From assembly GCA_964187785.1 (NCBI GenBank), contig OZ076409.1, positions 58,158,001 through 58,222,000 of the forward strand: 64,000 nucleotides of DNA, written 5' to 3'. Numbering within the stretch: the stretch's first letter is position 1; the number at the start of each line of letters is the position of its first letter. The stretch is from Amphiscolops sp. MND2022. Lineage: Eukaryota. Below the pieces are notes generated by a model that saw nothing but the letters and a program-made list of their open reading frames with translations, made no database searches and was not told where the DNA came from. The position numbers were made by a program, and so were the translations under genes. Shown here piece after piece: positions 12,286 to 25,214 of the stretch.

Positions 12286-14774
12286 ATGGCTCTTCGTGTG
12301 AATTTAGTCATCGTTAGACACGGCCGTACAGAAGACAACAGTAGAGGCGTTTTACAAGGGCATGTAGATAACCCTTTGGATCATCAAGGAATTATTCAAG
12401 TTAGGGTTTGATTTTTGAAATTTTCTGAACTGTGGCATCGGGCAATGAAAGATGCATTGATCAGAACTTGTGGCTCTGAAGTTTCACTATGACTTTTAAG
12501 AACGGAGAAAGTTTATTCCGCCTCTTAGGATTCGAATCCTAAGATCATCATCCTTGTAAATTAAAAATAGATAGTGGGGAAGATTGGATCAATGAAACCA
12601 CTAAAATGTTTTAGTTGCAAAATTTTTCTGGTGGTCTTCGTTTCTGACCTTGAATAATTCGTTTGATTAGGCATTGAAACTTGGTAGTTATCTCACCAAA
12701 ACAAAGTTCGACTATGCTTATTCCAGCGATCTGAAGAGGGCTCGTTTAACAGCCAAATTAGTTTTGTCTCAAAATGCTTCCTGCCAAGAGTTGCCCCTGA
12801 AAACCGTGAAAGTACTTCGTGAGAGAAATTATGGCATAGCTGAGGGAATGAAAATGACGGAGCTGAGCAAAATGGCTGCCCAAGCCAACAGTAAAATTCC
12901 CGAGTTTGTTCCGGATCAAGCGGAGAATTTACCCCAAATGCAAGAACGGGCAAAATTGTTTTTGAAGTTACTCTACAATACAATGGCCGATAAAACAGAA
13001 ACTACGTGGTGAGAGGTTGTTACCTTTATGAGTGGAAAATTTCTCTTGAATTATTAATGTTTGAACTATTGAGTAAGATGCTGAATCGATCGCTGAATGC
13101 CCTGGTGGTTCCATTCATCTTTTCTTTTCTCCATTTTTACGACTAAGACCAACGAAGTGACAGATTTTATAAGCTGACTTGAACTAACACTAAATGCCAC
13201 ACTACTTCTACTGGCACTTGAGATGGAGGTTAATTAGGTTTTTTGAGGTCCCCTTCTACATTTTTCGGCACTATGCGACTTATCGGAGACCAAAATTTTG
13301 AAAAAAACTGCGAAAACATGGGATTTTTTTCAATTTTTTCCCTCATGCGGGTACTGTAGAAGAGAATACTTGACACTTTGAAGTCCTTTTGCTATTTTTG
13401 AGCCTTAGATATGGCGCCGACTTGGGCCGTTCCCGGCTTGTTATGTTTTTTTTACTAAGGTTAGCGCCACAGTCGACTTTGCTGCCGTCCGTCAATTCCT
13501 GAAAATCTAAAACTTGTGAAATTTTCAATCTCTGTTGAATTTTCTATTTCTGAAACATGAATCGTCGTCGTATCAGAGATTCTGTATCATTGATTCATAT
13601 TTATCAAAAAAATCATTTTCAATTTTTAGTCGGCGCTTCTCGTTAGAAAAGAGTCTACTATAGTGATGGCTTTTTGTCAGTTTTTTTTTGATACACCTGA
13701 AGTGGCCAAAATAGTTCTACCAAGAGTTTTACAAAATCTTAAATTGTATCTGTTGGCCCAGGGAACTGAGCCAAAAAGGTTTTCCTTTTTTCCGCGTATC
13801 ATACAATACCGGGCGAGACTAAAGTGTCCCCCTTTCACTTTTTTTAGGCATTCTGCGATTTTTCGAATTTTTTTCCAAAGGGTCCCCTTTCATTTTTTTG
13901 GAGTTTTGCGACAGAATAGATGTTGAAAGGCCCCCTCCCAGTTTTTTCGGCATTGTGAGACTTTTTTTAAAAATCGGGTGCTGTAGAAGAATAATTTGAC
14001 AGTCCTTTTGCTATTTTTGAGCCTTATATATGGCGCCGACTTGGGCCGGTCCCGGCTTGTTTATCGTGATGTGATGAAACACGGATCTTTCTAAAGGCTG
14101 ATACACGGTTCATTATATCCATTCTTATATACGGTTTTACATCTGGTAATTTACATCTGGTTTTACATCGGTTTTACATCTGGTAATTTGGCATTTGAGT
14201 CAATTTGTTTGAAAATTTGACGTTGATCTCGAACTTTTTTGGTGTTCCTCTGATAGTTTCGAAGAATGTACTCATCACAGCTCCAAAAGTACTTTTACCA
14301 AAACAGTATAACCAGTCTAAAAGCGAGTTAAAGAAAAAAGTCTAAAAGCAAGTGATTTTCCATGGCCTAAAAATTTAGCCCCTATGATTAACAAAACACA
14401 GTCACCATTTGATGAACTTTTTTGTGCTCAGCATTGAAGATCCTAATGAGGATGACGAAGTTGAACTAGAGAATGCTCTTGCTTCAATCAGTGAAGAAGA
14501 AAAGAAAAAGTTGAGTCCTAAGAAAAACCCAGCGTGGAAGAAGACCGGTGGTGATTGCACCTGTTTAGTAGTCAGTCACGGAGGACTAATCAGGGAACTA
14601 CTCAGAGTAATTTGCTCAGAGAACGACGATAGAGTAGAGCTAAATCAGAAACGAAGACTTCTTGGATGTCCGGGCAACACTGGATTCACGCATCTTAGTT
14701 TAACCATGAACAATGGAACTGATTTCAAACTTGATAAAATTCATATTTTACATGAAACTTGTCATCTGAAGTAG
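12286..14774 (+). CDS. TIGAR: TIGAR-like fructose-2,6-bisphosphatase (histidine phosphatase / phosphoglycerate mutase family), ~264 aa
   Basis: Exons 12286-12399, 12671-13008 and 14432-14774 join in frame across GT-AG introns (795 nt). Motifs: VIVRHGRT (catalytic RHG), LQG, AYSSDLKRA, LRERNYG, LVVSHGG. Exon 1 is not in the ORF track and was read directly. Confidence 0.85.
13135..13442 (+). mobile_element. HINE-like element, head-deleted (TIGAR intron 2)
   Basis: Body matches the 7931 copy; full tail gcgccgacttgggccgttcccggcttg. Confidence 0.65.
13623..14061 (+). mobile_element. HINE-like element (TIGAR intron 2)
   Basis: Head agtcggcgc plus hairpin; tail gcgccgacttgggccggtcccggcttg. Confidence 0.7.
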
Positions 14775-15121
14775 CCGAATTTTGTACTGATTAGTCGTGA
14801 CTTGATGTTCATGTCTTACAAAGAATTATGATAAGCAAACTCGAAACTAAGTTGCGACAACTACAGTGACTAATTTTTCTTTAACTGAGTTAACTTACAG
14901 AAGTGTGACCATTGTATTTGTTCGATTAAGATGGTTTTAGCAAACGGCTAACGCTTGAGTTATATTTAAGATTCGATGTAGAATATCATAGTTTGCTTGG
15001 CAAGCTTTGTTATGCAGTGGTCGGTCAGCTACGTTTGTGTGTTCGCAGAGAAATTAGTTACTTTTGTGTTAGTGGCAACAATCTGACTACAAGTTCCGAA
15101 GCTGGGTTTCAGTTCTACAAA

Positions 15122-18100
15122 ATGAGTGTTGGAGGATCAAGACCCAAATCTGTGTTCTATATCAACCCAGCCGCAACAGTTCCTGCATTGCCCACCAATG
15201 GAAATAGCCAGAGTGTAAAAGTCAAACCTCCCTCGTTACCTCGGTCCAGTGCCGATGAAAAAAGTGAAGGCCATTGCAAAGCAAGCTTCACCAATCAAGG
15301 ATTCCGATATGAAGGCACTATTTTTGTAACTAAGTTCAGAGTCGTTTTTGTGTGCGATGATGACAAGATCGACGGAGATTCTGTTTCCCAAACAGAGAAG
15401 GAAACATCACAATCACAACGACGGAATACCAATTGCGGACAGAAGATGAGTACCTTCTACGACGAGTATCTAGACATTCCGTTGGCTCAGATTCGCAGGC
15501 TTTACGTTGTACAACAGGAGCCTGGGGCAAATGCACCTCCTGCTAACAATACAACTGGTGGATCTTTAGCTGCTTCCGGCAGTCCAACAAAGCCTAATTT
15601 AAAATGGCTAGTTTTCCCATCTCAATATGAGCCATTGATGGATTTTTTGTATATACAAATCGAAAGCTCCAATTTCAATTGCTGCACTATTTATTTTGAA
15701 AAATCACAGACCTCATATCAACAATTTCTCAATTCCTTAGCTTCGCGCCTTACGAATTCAATTCCCAAGCAGTTTTTATTCATGAACGTTGCCGACACTC
15801 TTACTCTTTCCGATTTGAATTACTCACCTTCAGAAGCGCAGAAAACTTTTGTGCGTCTGCAAGATTGGATCTCCTTTTTCCAGAACTCATTCTTAATCAA
15901 CATTCTGAAAGATAAACAAAAAGCCGGAGAGCATGAAAACGTTTGTTCCGTTATTGCTAGTGCAATATTCCAGTTAGTGTATTCCAAAAGTTTTTCCCAC
16001 GCCGAAGTTGTCAATTTTCCTCAGTATTGTTTCACCATCAAAAACGATAAACAATTTGACAAGTTTTTCTTGCGGCACACAGAGAGCATGTCAGGGGATG
16101 CGGCTCCAAATTGTTCCGTCAGGGCCGCCAAAAGTCCAATAAAACAATTCTTGCAGCAAATCAAGGACAGACTCGAAGTCATTGAGGTCACTGAACAATT
16201 GACCTTTTCCCCTAAGGCGCTTTCACAGGGTTATGAATTGCTGGAGGAATATTTACAGTTCAGATTTGGAAGGTCGCGGAAGTTCTTCAAGCTGTCAATC
16301 AAACTTTTTAGAACAATTTTTGAGAATTCTGGCTGGCTTTTAGCTGTGAGCAATTGTTTGAAATTTGCTACCACAGTGGCGGACAAGTTTCAGAAATCGA
16401 ACGAGCGAATTTTCATACTCAAAAATGCCGACGGTGTCCCTCTTGGAGTGTCGTGCATTTTGAGCTCCCTGGTAGAAGTGTATGTATCGCCTAGATGTCG
16501 TACAATAGATGGCTTCATCGAGATGATACAAAGGCAATGGGTGGCAGCTGGTTTTGACTTCAAGGAGCAGTTTCCTGGTTTCATGGAGAAGAAACCCAAA
16601 TGCCTGGTTAGAATTATTAGTGTTCCGTGATTATTAGTCGGCGCTTTCGTAGAAAAAGCAGACTATAGTAGTGACTTTTCTTTAAATTTTTTTAATACCT
16701 ACAAACTGAGATTTTATAAGCTGTTGCTCACTAACTTATAGCTTCTACAAATCAAAATAGGTGAACCCAGCGGTCGCGGGTGCGAGTCTCTGCTTCAGTC
16801 AGAAATTTTTTCGTGCATTTGCAAAACCGGACGAGACTCAAGTCCCCTTTTGATTTTTTTTGCTTTGTGAGGTCCCCCCTTCAATTTTTCGATATTTTGT
16901 ACCACTTTTCGGTAATTGTGATATTTTTCAAAAGGGTCCCCTTTTACAATTTTCGGCAATTGTGATATTTTTCATTTTTCGTCTTAACCCTAAATGACCT
17001 AAATGTCAAAAAATTGGATTAAAAAAATTTAAATCATCAATATCTCCACAACTACGCGTACCAGAGAAACAAACTATAGCGCGTTTGAAAGGTCTGGTAT
17101 TGGGCTTTCATTTTGGTCAGGTGAGCCCCTGTCACCGCGCGCCCCCTCCTTCAGAATTTTAGTTTCTTTTTCCGGTACTACCGCTTAGCGGCAGTTCCGC
17201 ACTTCGTGCGGCCAACTGAGCGGGGGCTTGTATTAACAACAAAATATTATTGGGATTTGTTGCGTAGGAACTTGATGTGCAAGTGTACGGGGTTGGTTTT
17301 TGCCATGGGACAAGATTTTTTGAGAAAACTGGATTTCGCCAAAAAGTGAAATTTAGAAAAAAAACAATTCGTGCAAAAAAACTCATTTTTCTCAAATTTT
17401 GGAGATATGCCATTCAAACCAATTTAGGTACCAAGGAATTGTTAGAAAAAACTGTGCTAGAGAATATGGACTACTGGCAAAACGGATTACAAATTGAAAA
17501 AAAGGTATGTGACTTTCAAGTACCGGTGGGTCGTTTAGGGTTAAAGTTAGGTCCTCAGCACGCTATATCCGAATATTGTTTTTTTTTGACGAAGCGTTTT
17601 GCGGGGATTCGGGGCTCCTTATGGTTTTCGGCACTATGCGACTTACCATCAAAAAAATTCTCTTTAGGTTTTTTGAAAGCCTCCAGTTGGAGAAAAATTG
17701 TTTTCGAGTCTTATGCGTATCCCTTCGTGTATCTTGTATCTTTCGGCACTGTAAAGTTGATGAAATTTTGACAATAGTGTCCTTTTTGCATATTTAAAAT
17801 ACTTTATTTTTTTGAACCTTGGGCGGGGCGCCGGCTTGGGCCGTTCCCGGCTTGTTTTATATTAAATTTTGAATCAGCTCAAGTGGAAAACCGATTTAAC
17901 TGGAGTTTTTGATAAGTGAGCATTTTGTTGGATCTTTTCCAAACGCCCCGTAATTTTCACGTAACTTGAATTTCGTTGGCTAAAATTTTTTCAGCTAACC
18001 TTTTGAATCAACTTTATTCCGAACATGTAATAATTCCGGTCACGTTCAATTGTTACAGAAGCGGTTTCTGGAGGACAAAAAAAGTTCGATTGCTAGCAGC

Positions 18101-20048
18101 AAACGAATGACAAAAAATCTTCTCAAATTTGGTACCACCGTCAATCCGAGCGACGAGCAAAGTTTGACTAGAACTCCGACACCTTATTTCCTCGTTTTTC
18201 TCGACTGTATTCATCAGCTCACGCGCTTGTATCCAACCTATTTCGAATTCAATTCTCCATATTTGTCTCAAATCTGGAACTTTTTGCTCTCTGGAGTCTT
18301 CTCTGATTTCCTCAGCCCAAAAAGTGTGTCATTGAAGCCTTCGTTGTGGGAATGCATCGCAGAGTCACCCAATGCCCATTTGTTCAGGAACCCTTCGTAC
18401 TCGGTGGACTTCGTGGGCGATGACATGAGACCGCAGCTTGATGCCAGAATGTACTGTTGTGCCAATTTAGATGTCTGGGATGATCTCTTCTTCCGCTACC
18501 ACATCGACTGCTCTACTGTCAAAGTGTACATTGACGAGGAGAACAACCAGAAACCTGTTTTGTCCAACAACAGAAAGTTCTCTCTAATTCCGCCTCCCAA
18601 CATTCTAGAACGCAACACTTCGTTCGATTCCTCACTGCAACGCGTCTACGAGTTCATGGATGTCATTAAGCTTCAATTTGATGACGTCGACAGTGAGTGG
18701 GTGCAGCCGAAGAGGTCTTTCCATTCGGACGTTAATCCCAGAAGCTTCGCTCGAGTGGCATCTTCTATCGAAATTTTGGATCTCCTGGTAAGAAATTTTG
18801 CTGTATACAAGTTTTGACACCGTTACTCAGCGAATTAGCGGCCGCCGGGAATGTTTTTAGCACTTTTGTTAGCAATTAGCAGAAGCTAAAAGATTGTCCA
18901 AATTCGGAATTTCCTCAGAAAATACAGGGAGTTCCGAAATGAATTTCGGAAAATTCCAACTGCAACACTTGTAAAACTCACGCAGTATGAGAAATTGTAG
19001 CCTTTTCTTGCAAAATTGAATAAAGTTATGATTGAATTTTGAAACACATTTAATAGTTTGAAGAAGTTTTTCATCGAAATAGCGATTTACCGATAAGCGA
19101 AAAAAGCGATGTCATAACTCAGCTGTTTACTCTGACTTTATTGATGATACTGGTAAAATCTTGTTGGGAAATTTTTTCTTCTTCATTTGGTGACAATTTT
19201 AATTTCACGCCTCAAATTTATATATTTTTTACCATTTCAACCGAAGATCATTTTCACTTTTAATTTTACTCAAAATTATAATACGCGCAAAAGCTATTAG
19301 AAGATACTTTTTGCTTCGGGTTTGATTTATTCTTTTTTTTGTGAACCATTCGTAAAGAACGATTTCAGATTCGTGCAACACTGGTACAGTTCAAATCCTA
19401 AATGTACTCCTGGATCATTAACCTGGGAATTCAAATAATAATCCCCGCGCAATGTTGTGGATCAAAAATAATTAAACCCACCCCTCTTATCAAGACCCCT
19501 ACTAAATTTTCACTATATATGAGCAGGTTTTTTGCGAAAATAGCTTCCGAAATATGGAACGACGAAGTCTTCGTCAATGAGAAGGCAGTTTTGCCTAAAA
19601 TGCATATTCTTAACTCCTATACACATTACTGTTTACCAACTGAATTCAAGCTGTAAACGTTTAAATTCTTTTAAAATCAAATCTCTGAATCCAGACCCCC
19701 TCTTTTATCTGGATCCCCAGAGTATTAGTGTAACCCACACTTCTCGAGCGACGTCTGGAAATATTTCTCTTCGCCAGACTGAAGTTGTTGGTGTTTCAGG
19801 AGTCAGGCGATGAGGAAGACTTGCCAGATGGGTCTGCCTCCAACAACCTTGAAATCGCCACTAACAGATCAAACAGCAGGGAATCCACTATCTCGGAGAC
19901 GGACTGGAGTAAGTTCTCACTGGGGGGCGACAGCAGAGGACCATCAATTCGCTTGACAGGCGAAAGCAAAGAGGCACTGGACTTGGAAAGCTCCACAGAA
20001 ATGGTAGATTCTAGTGAATTGGTCATTATCAAAAGTACTCAATTATAG
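15122..20048 (+). CDS. Myotubularin-related pseudophosphatase (MTMR10/11/12-like), ~820 aa
   Basis: Exons 15122-16606, 18059-18787 and 19800-20048, all phase 0 (donors gttaga, gtaaga; acceptors ttacag, tttcag). PH-GRAM-like EGTIFVTKFRVVF. Myotubularin motifs FENSGWL, SLVEVYVSPRCRTIDGFIEMIQRQWVAAGFDF and PYFLVFLDCIHQL...FEFN. The catalytic HCSDGWDRT is absent. Exon 3 is inferred; without it the ORF stops at 18817. Confidence 0.8.
16631..17856 (+). mobile_element. HINE-like element carrying a piggyBac MITE (MTMR intron 1)
   Basis: Head tagtcggcgctttcgtagaaaaagcagacta; tail gcgccggcttgggccgttcccggcttg. Confidence 0.7.
16988..17540. mobile_element. piggyBac-like MITE family B (nested in a HINE-like element in MTMR intron 1)
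   Basis: TTAA-ccctaaatgacc ... ggtcgtttaggg-TTAA; 12-bp TIR with one mismatch. Confidence 0.8.
19387..19653. mobile_element. Possible degenerate Tc1/mariner-like MITE in MTMR intron 2
   Basis: TA-cagttcaaatcc ... gaattcaagctg-TA; weak TIR. Confidence 0.3.
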
Positions 20049-20844
20049 AAATCTATCCTTAAATATATATTTTTGTACAGATCAATCCTAACCAGAATTT
20101 AAATTATTTATTATTCCTTCATAAAACATGCTGAGCTAGACACCAGGAGCAACCTGAAGAAAAATTTGGAATCAAACGTTTTATTCCTAACGAGTTTGTG
20201 GTCTTCCGAATTATAACAATCCCATGTGAGGGCACAGTGGCACCCCGTAGACGTAACCTTTGATGCATGCACGAACCACTCAAGCCGTCCGGTTATTCTC
20301 ATTTGATTTTTATTGCGTCATTTCTGAATTAGAAGTATATCCGCAAAATCTCTTGTAATTGATATTATGACGGCGAGACTCATGAGTGATAGAAATTCGC
20401 TCATAGTAAACCTCGCTCTGAGGCTGAGAACTTTTCGCTTATTCTGCTTTTTAAAGCAACCACTAAACTCTAGCAGTCGCTAATGGGCAAATGTTACTAG
20501 AAATTTGATCATTCAAAATTTTAGAATTTCTTTTAAAGTGCCAGCCATTGTGTAGTGAATCTGATAGTAAAAATCAAAGATTTTGTTTTTCTTGTAATTC
20601 AAATGCCGCTAAGCAGCCGCTAATTTGATTTGAGCGTCGCTTATCCGCTACCGCTAAACTTGCATTGTTCCTTGGTGGCTTCGCTGTTTCAACAAGATGC
20701 CAAAAATGTCGATTCACTATCAGAAGTATCTGTGCGTCCGAAACTTTCTGATTCTTGCGGCACTGGCTCCCGTTTTATGTCCCTGTTTCTTGTGCATTTT
20801 TCATTTCATTCCTGTGAAAAGAAAAAAATCAGTAGCCAAGCCAT

Positions 20845-21075
20845 AGAATACAAAAAGCTAAGACACTAGATTTGGCACCGAAAGTTTTCATAACGCAATA
20901 TCTTTCAATTTATTCATTTTACAAACGTCTCAAATTTTGATTACTGCGACATTTTTTGTTACAATTTCATGGTATTTTAAGGACTTTTGGAATTTCCGAA
21001 ATTTACTACGCAATACCTTGAAAACTACTGGTCAGAAAATTCCCTGGATCATTTTTGTAGCCTTGAAACACCCTT
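20845..21075 (+). repeat. Older dispersed repeat, similar to 40135-40395
   Basis: Shared cact-gatttggc, cgcaatatctt, aaaactactggtca and tttttgtagc-ttga motifs in the same order. Confidence 0.5.
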
Positions 21076-21128
21076 CAACTTTTCTATGGAACCCTTATTC
21101 TATGAAACTCGAAAGGGGTGGATCACGA

Positions 21129-22628
21129 TTTTTAGTCGGCGCTTTCTTATAAAGAGCAGACTATAGTAGTAACTTTTGAAACCGACGAACTGGCAGATTT
21201 TATAAGTTTTATGAGCTGGTGCTCAGTAACTTGTGACTTTTACTGTCACTTGGCACAGAGGTTGATCCGTATTTTTTGAGGTCTGAAACAGAAGGACGTG
21301 GGCACTTGACAATTTTTTTTATGCTCGCAAAAGTAGAGGGGAGACCAAAGGATCCCACCTTCGGTTTTTTCGGCACTACGTGATTTTTTCTGAAGTTTTT
21401 TTTAAATAGCCGCCCTTTGATTTTTAAAAGAAACAGGTCAATTTGCGAGCTAAAAGCCACCTTAGATTTTTTCAGCACTATGCGACGTATCGAAGCCATT
21501 TTGTTTGGGAAAAAAAGAATTAAAAGCATTCAAAAACGTTTTGGATTTTCTGTTAACGAAATCCGTTTCTCAATTCTTAAAGGTGCAATCGTTGGTTACT
21601 TTTAGGGCCTGTGGGACTGATGAGAGTTTTCTCAGTACCTGTGGAAAGGAGCTACGGTGTATCGGCACTATGTGACCTTTCTTCAAAAGCTTTTTTGGTC
21701 AAAGGGTACCTACCCCTTCACTTCTTAGTTTTTTTGGCTCGAATTGTTTTTTGCGCTTTTAATTGTTTTGCGAATTGAAGGGTCTCCTTTTGGGATTTTT
21801 GTCATAATTAGACTTTTTCCGGAAAGATAAAATCAACATTTTCCCCCCAAAAAATGGGATTTCTGATGTTTCGAGTTAGAGTAAAAGGTTTTTCGAGTCT
21901 TAGGGGCATTGCTTTGGGTATTTTTAGTCGGCGCCTTTTCCCTTAAAGAAAAAAGCCCGACTCTTACAGTGGGTAGTTTTTGTTCAGCTGACAATCTGAC
22001 TCTGAATGGTCCACTTTTCTTACAGTTCTTACTATCTTACAAATTCTTACAATTCTTACTTAGCTTACGAAGTAGTATTTTTACATCATCTAAGAAACTC
22101 AACGGGGGCCAAAGGGTACTCCCTTAGAGTATTTTCGGCTCTGTGAGACTTGAAAAATTTTCACTGAAGCGTCCCCCCTTCAATTTTTTAAATGTTTTCC
22201 GACAGAATGGATGTTGAAAAATCCCAAAGGGTCCCGCCCCTTTCAGTTTTTTTGGCATTGTGAGACTTTTTCGGATTTTTTTTCACCAAAGGGGTCGCCC
22301 CTTCATTTTTTTGTTTTGCAACAATGGATGCTAAAAAATGCGAAAGGATCCTGGTTAGCGGGCACCTGGCGCACCAGTTCCGTCATTTTGGTTTCTCGTG
22401 AGTTTGATACTCTTTTTGTGAGTTTGATATTTCGAGTTTTTGACACTTTCATGTCCTTTTGCTATATTTGAGCCTTAGATATGTCGCCGACTTGGGCGGT
22501 TTCCGGCTTGTTTGTTTTGAAAGTTAGATAAAAACTCACAATACTGTCCCTCTGCATATTTAAAAAATATTTAAAAAACTTTTTTGAAACTTGAGCGGGG
22601 CGCCGACTTGGGCCGTTCACAGCATGTT
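21129..22628 (+). mobile_element. HINE-like element with a second complete copy (21921-22512) nested inside
   Basis: Two heads (21129, 21921) and two tails (22512, 22628). The outer body resumes after the inner tail, as judged from the uninterrupted copy 25215-26065. Confidence 0.7.
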
Positions 22629-22689
22629 TGTCATTGTTTTTGCTTCAGCAAGGGCCTTCATTGTTCGAGTTCTTGTGTACATTGGAGTG

Positions 22690-24113
22690 TTATAGTCGGC
22701 AGGCGCTTTTCCATTAAGGGAAAAAGCCTGATTATTACAGTGACTAGTCTTTTATCGGAGCTTTTCTAGTGAAAAGTGCCCGATTATTACAGTGGCTTTT
22801 TTTCGTCAGACCACAGACCTCACCCTGTATGTACCACTATTTGTGCACTGTGCACTTTTACCAAAAGTACTTAGTACTTGATTTTGAACGCATCCAAGGC
22901 CTCTAACATCAAATACAAAACCACTGCAAACTTTTTTGTCACTTCCCCCTTTTCGACTTTGTGAGACGTTTTGTCGAAATTTTTTTTGATGTCTCAGGGC
23001 CCCCTACATTTTTTTGATATTTTGCAAGAGAATGGTTTTTAAAAGATCCCAAAGAGTCCCCCTTTTACATTTTTAGGCACTGAGGCTGTTCAAAATTTTC
23101 CGTCCGATATGAGGTTTTCTTAACCTCGACAGTACACCGAGAAGTTGAAAAAGTGACAAAAAATAGCGAAGAAATTTTCAAAGCCTCATTTCTCCACGAA
23201 TAATAGCGACAGCTCAAATCGGTTTTCTGCTCCTGAAAGCCCTTTATTTACCTAAGCTTTCAAATGGACACTAGTCAGGCTGGGAGTTGGCGCCACTTTT
23301 GGGGTGAGAGCGCCACCCCGGCTTCGCCAGGCTTTTCAAATGACACTAGAACTTTTCCCTGAAGCCTCAATAAAAAAACTTCTATATGCGGTTTCAATGG
23401 TGGCAAATTGTGTTACTAGAGAGTGACAGTAACTTAGCAAACAGTTGCTGTGTTTTTGAGAAAAAGGTAATTTTCTGAAAAGTATCTTTTTGCAAATTTT
23501 CACTTTTTTTCTAGTTACCTTTTTGCCGGTGGTTCGGAAAACAAACTATATTGACACAAATTACAACTCGCCCCAGGTAGTCCAATAGATTGTTGATTAG
23601 TTTTCCTATGAGCTTTTTGCGTTCCGTAATACTTTATTGATTGTGAAAAAATCGCTGTCCTCATTTGGGGACAAAAGCACTGTCGAGGTTAATATACATC
23701 CACCATAGATTTTTTCATTCCTATCCGACTTTTGGAGGTGGAGGTTCGAAAATATTGCGCCATATCCGAATTTTTGACGTTATAAACGAACTATATTGCG
23801 TTTTACTAAGGAGGAAGCGGAGGTTCGAAAACAAACGCTCCCATGTGTCTCTCAGTACGCTATATGCGAACTATTGACGTTATATCCCAAGTAATTTGCG
23901 TTTTACTGAGGAGGAGCCGTAGGATCAAAAAAGCGCTCATATTTGTCTCAGCACGCTACATCTGAACTTCTAAAGCGTTTTCTGAGCATCAAAAGGCACC
24001 CTTCGGTGTTTTGAAAATGTTTTCTGAGTTTTTCATAAAAAACGTCCTGGGAATAATTTAAAAACATTGAGTTTTTTGAGCCTTAGGTATTGCGCCGACG
24101 TTCCCGTCTTGTT
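22690..24113 (+). mobile_element. HINE-like element with double head, nested piggyBac MITE and ~98-bp internal duplication
   Basis: Heads near 22690 and 22750; tail gcgccgacgttcccgtcttg. Confidence 0.65.
23124..23688. mobile_element. piggyBac-like MITE family A, copy 2 (nested in a HINE-like element)
   Basis: TTAA-cctcgacagta ... cactgtcgagg-TTAA, with a perfect TTAA TSD. Confidence 0.85.
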
Positions 24114-25050
24114 AATCCTTTTCCAGATGATAATGTTCCATCCATATAATTCATATAGAAAATCTCAACTGGAAGTTTTTTTTCCAAATTTTGAATTTTG
24201 TTCTATACTCAAAAGATAGTTTCCTCCACAGAATTCAATGACGAAAACGTTAAGTTCGTAGCATACGTCTTTGAGAGGTTTTTCGAAAACTGTGCATAAA
24301 ATTAATGTTGATAAACGTTAAAAAGGTGTTTCTGATTTCGATTTATCATATTTTTCACAAGATTAAAAAATGTTCGTTTTCAACATGATCTTCGCTGTCA
24401 GTCTGAGCTTGCGACAAAATTGAAAATTATTGAGACATCATTAAAATCTTTCAAAATCCTTTTAATAGTTAGATGAAGATGACTGTGAAAATAAAAATAG
24501 TTGTACCTCTTCTTCGAGGACACTTCAGGTAATTAGGACTGAATCCAATTGTACCGCTTCATCTATTTTTTTTCTAATAATCAATGGAACTCGTCCGTAC
24601 CTGAAAATAGTCTTAGAGCAAAGTTATTGCTACGCAATAATGCCCAACAATGTTCTGCCTACAGAATCGCATTTTTTACCAAGAAAAGTATTGAAAAACT
24701 TCAGTCGAAAAACTCAGAAAAAAATCAAAAGACTTAGCACAGGGACCGCGAAAAATCCGCTCTACAAAACACACTTGTGAACTTGAACGGCGAGTATGTG
24801 AAAGAAGACGCGACATCAAAGAAACTGAATGGTATAATAAGCTTTGGATTCACGAAATATTCATTTTACTTCAAGTCTGTCAAAAAATGCATGGAACCGC
24901 AACTTTTTGGGAACAATTTCGGACTCCAAGGTAACTCACGAATCTGGTCTCTGATGTGTGTACATGATTGCAGTACATCATTTTTGGAAATGAGAAGGAA
25001 CTCAGCACAAATACTAACGAGTGTTCTGCTGAAACTGTGCTTAGAAAATG

Positions 25051-25158
25051 AGTTCACCCGAAAACTTTTCTAATGAAACAATTTACAGTTCACCCGAAAA
25101 CTTTTCTAATGAAACAATTTACAGTTCACCCGAAAACTTTTCTAATGAAACAATTTAC
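25051..25158. repeat. 36-bp tandem repeat, 3 copies
   Basis: (agttcacccgaaaacttttctaatgaaacaatttac) x3, perfect. Confidence 0.9.
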
Positions 25159-25214
25159 CTCTCCTTTCGAGATGAAGGACTTCCAAAAAAGCATGAAGCC
25201 GAAAACTTTTCGAC

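Noticed and set aside
14993..15121. 43-aa N-terminal extension of the MTMR ORF
   Set aside because: It starts at TTG; the first ATG is at 15122.
17277..17771. 164-aa ORF in MTMR intron 1
   Set aside because: It spans a MITE/HINE junction and shows no transposase motifs.
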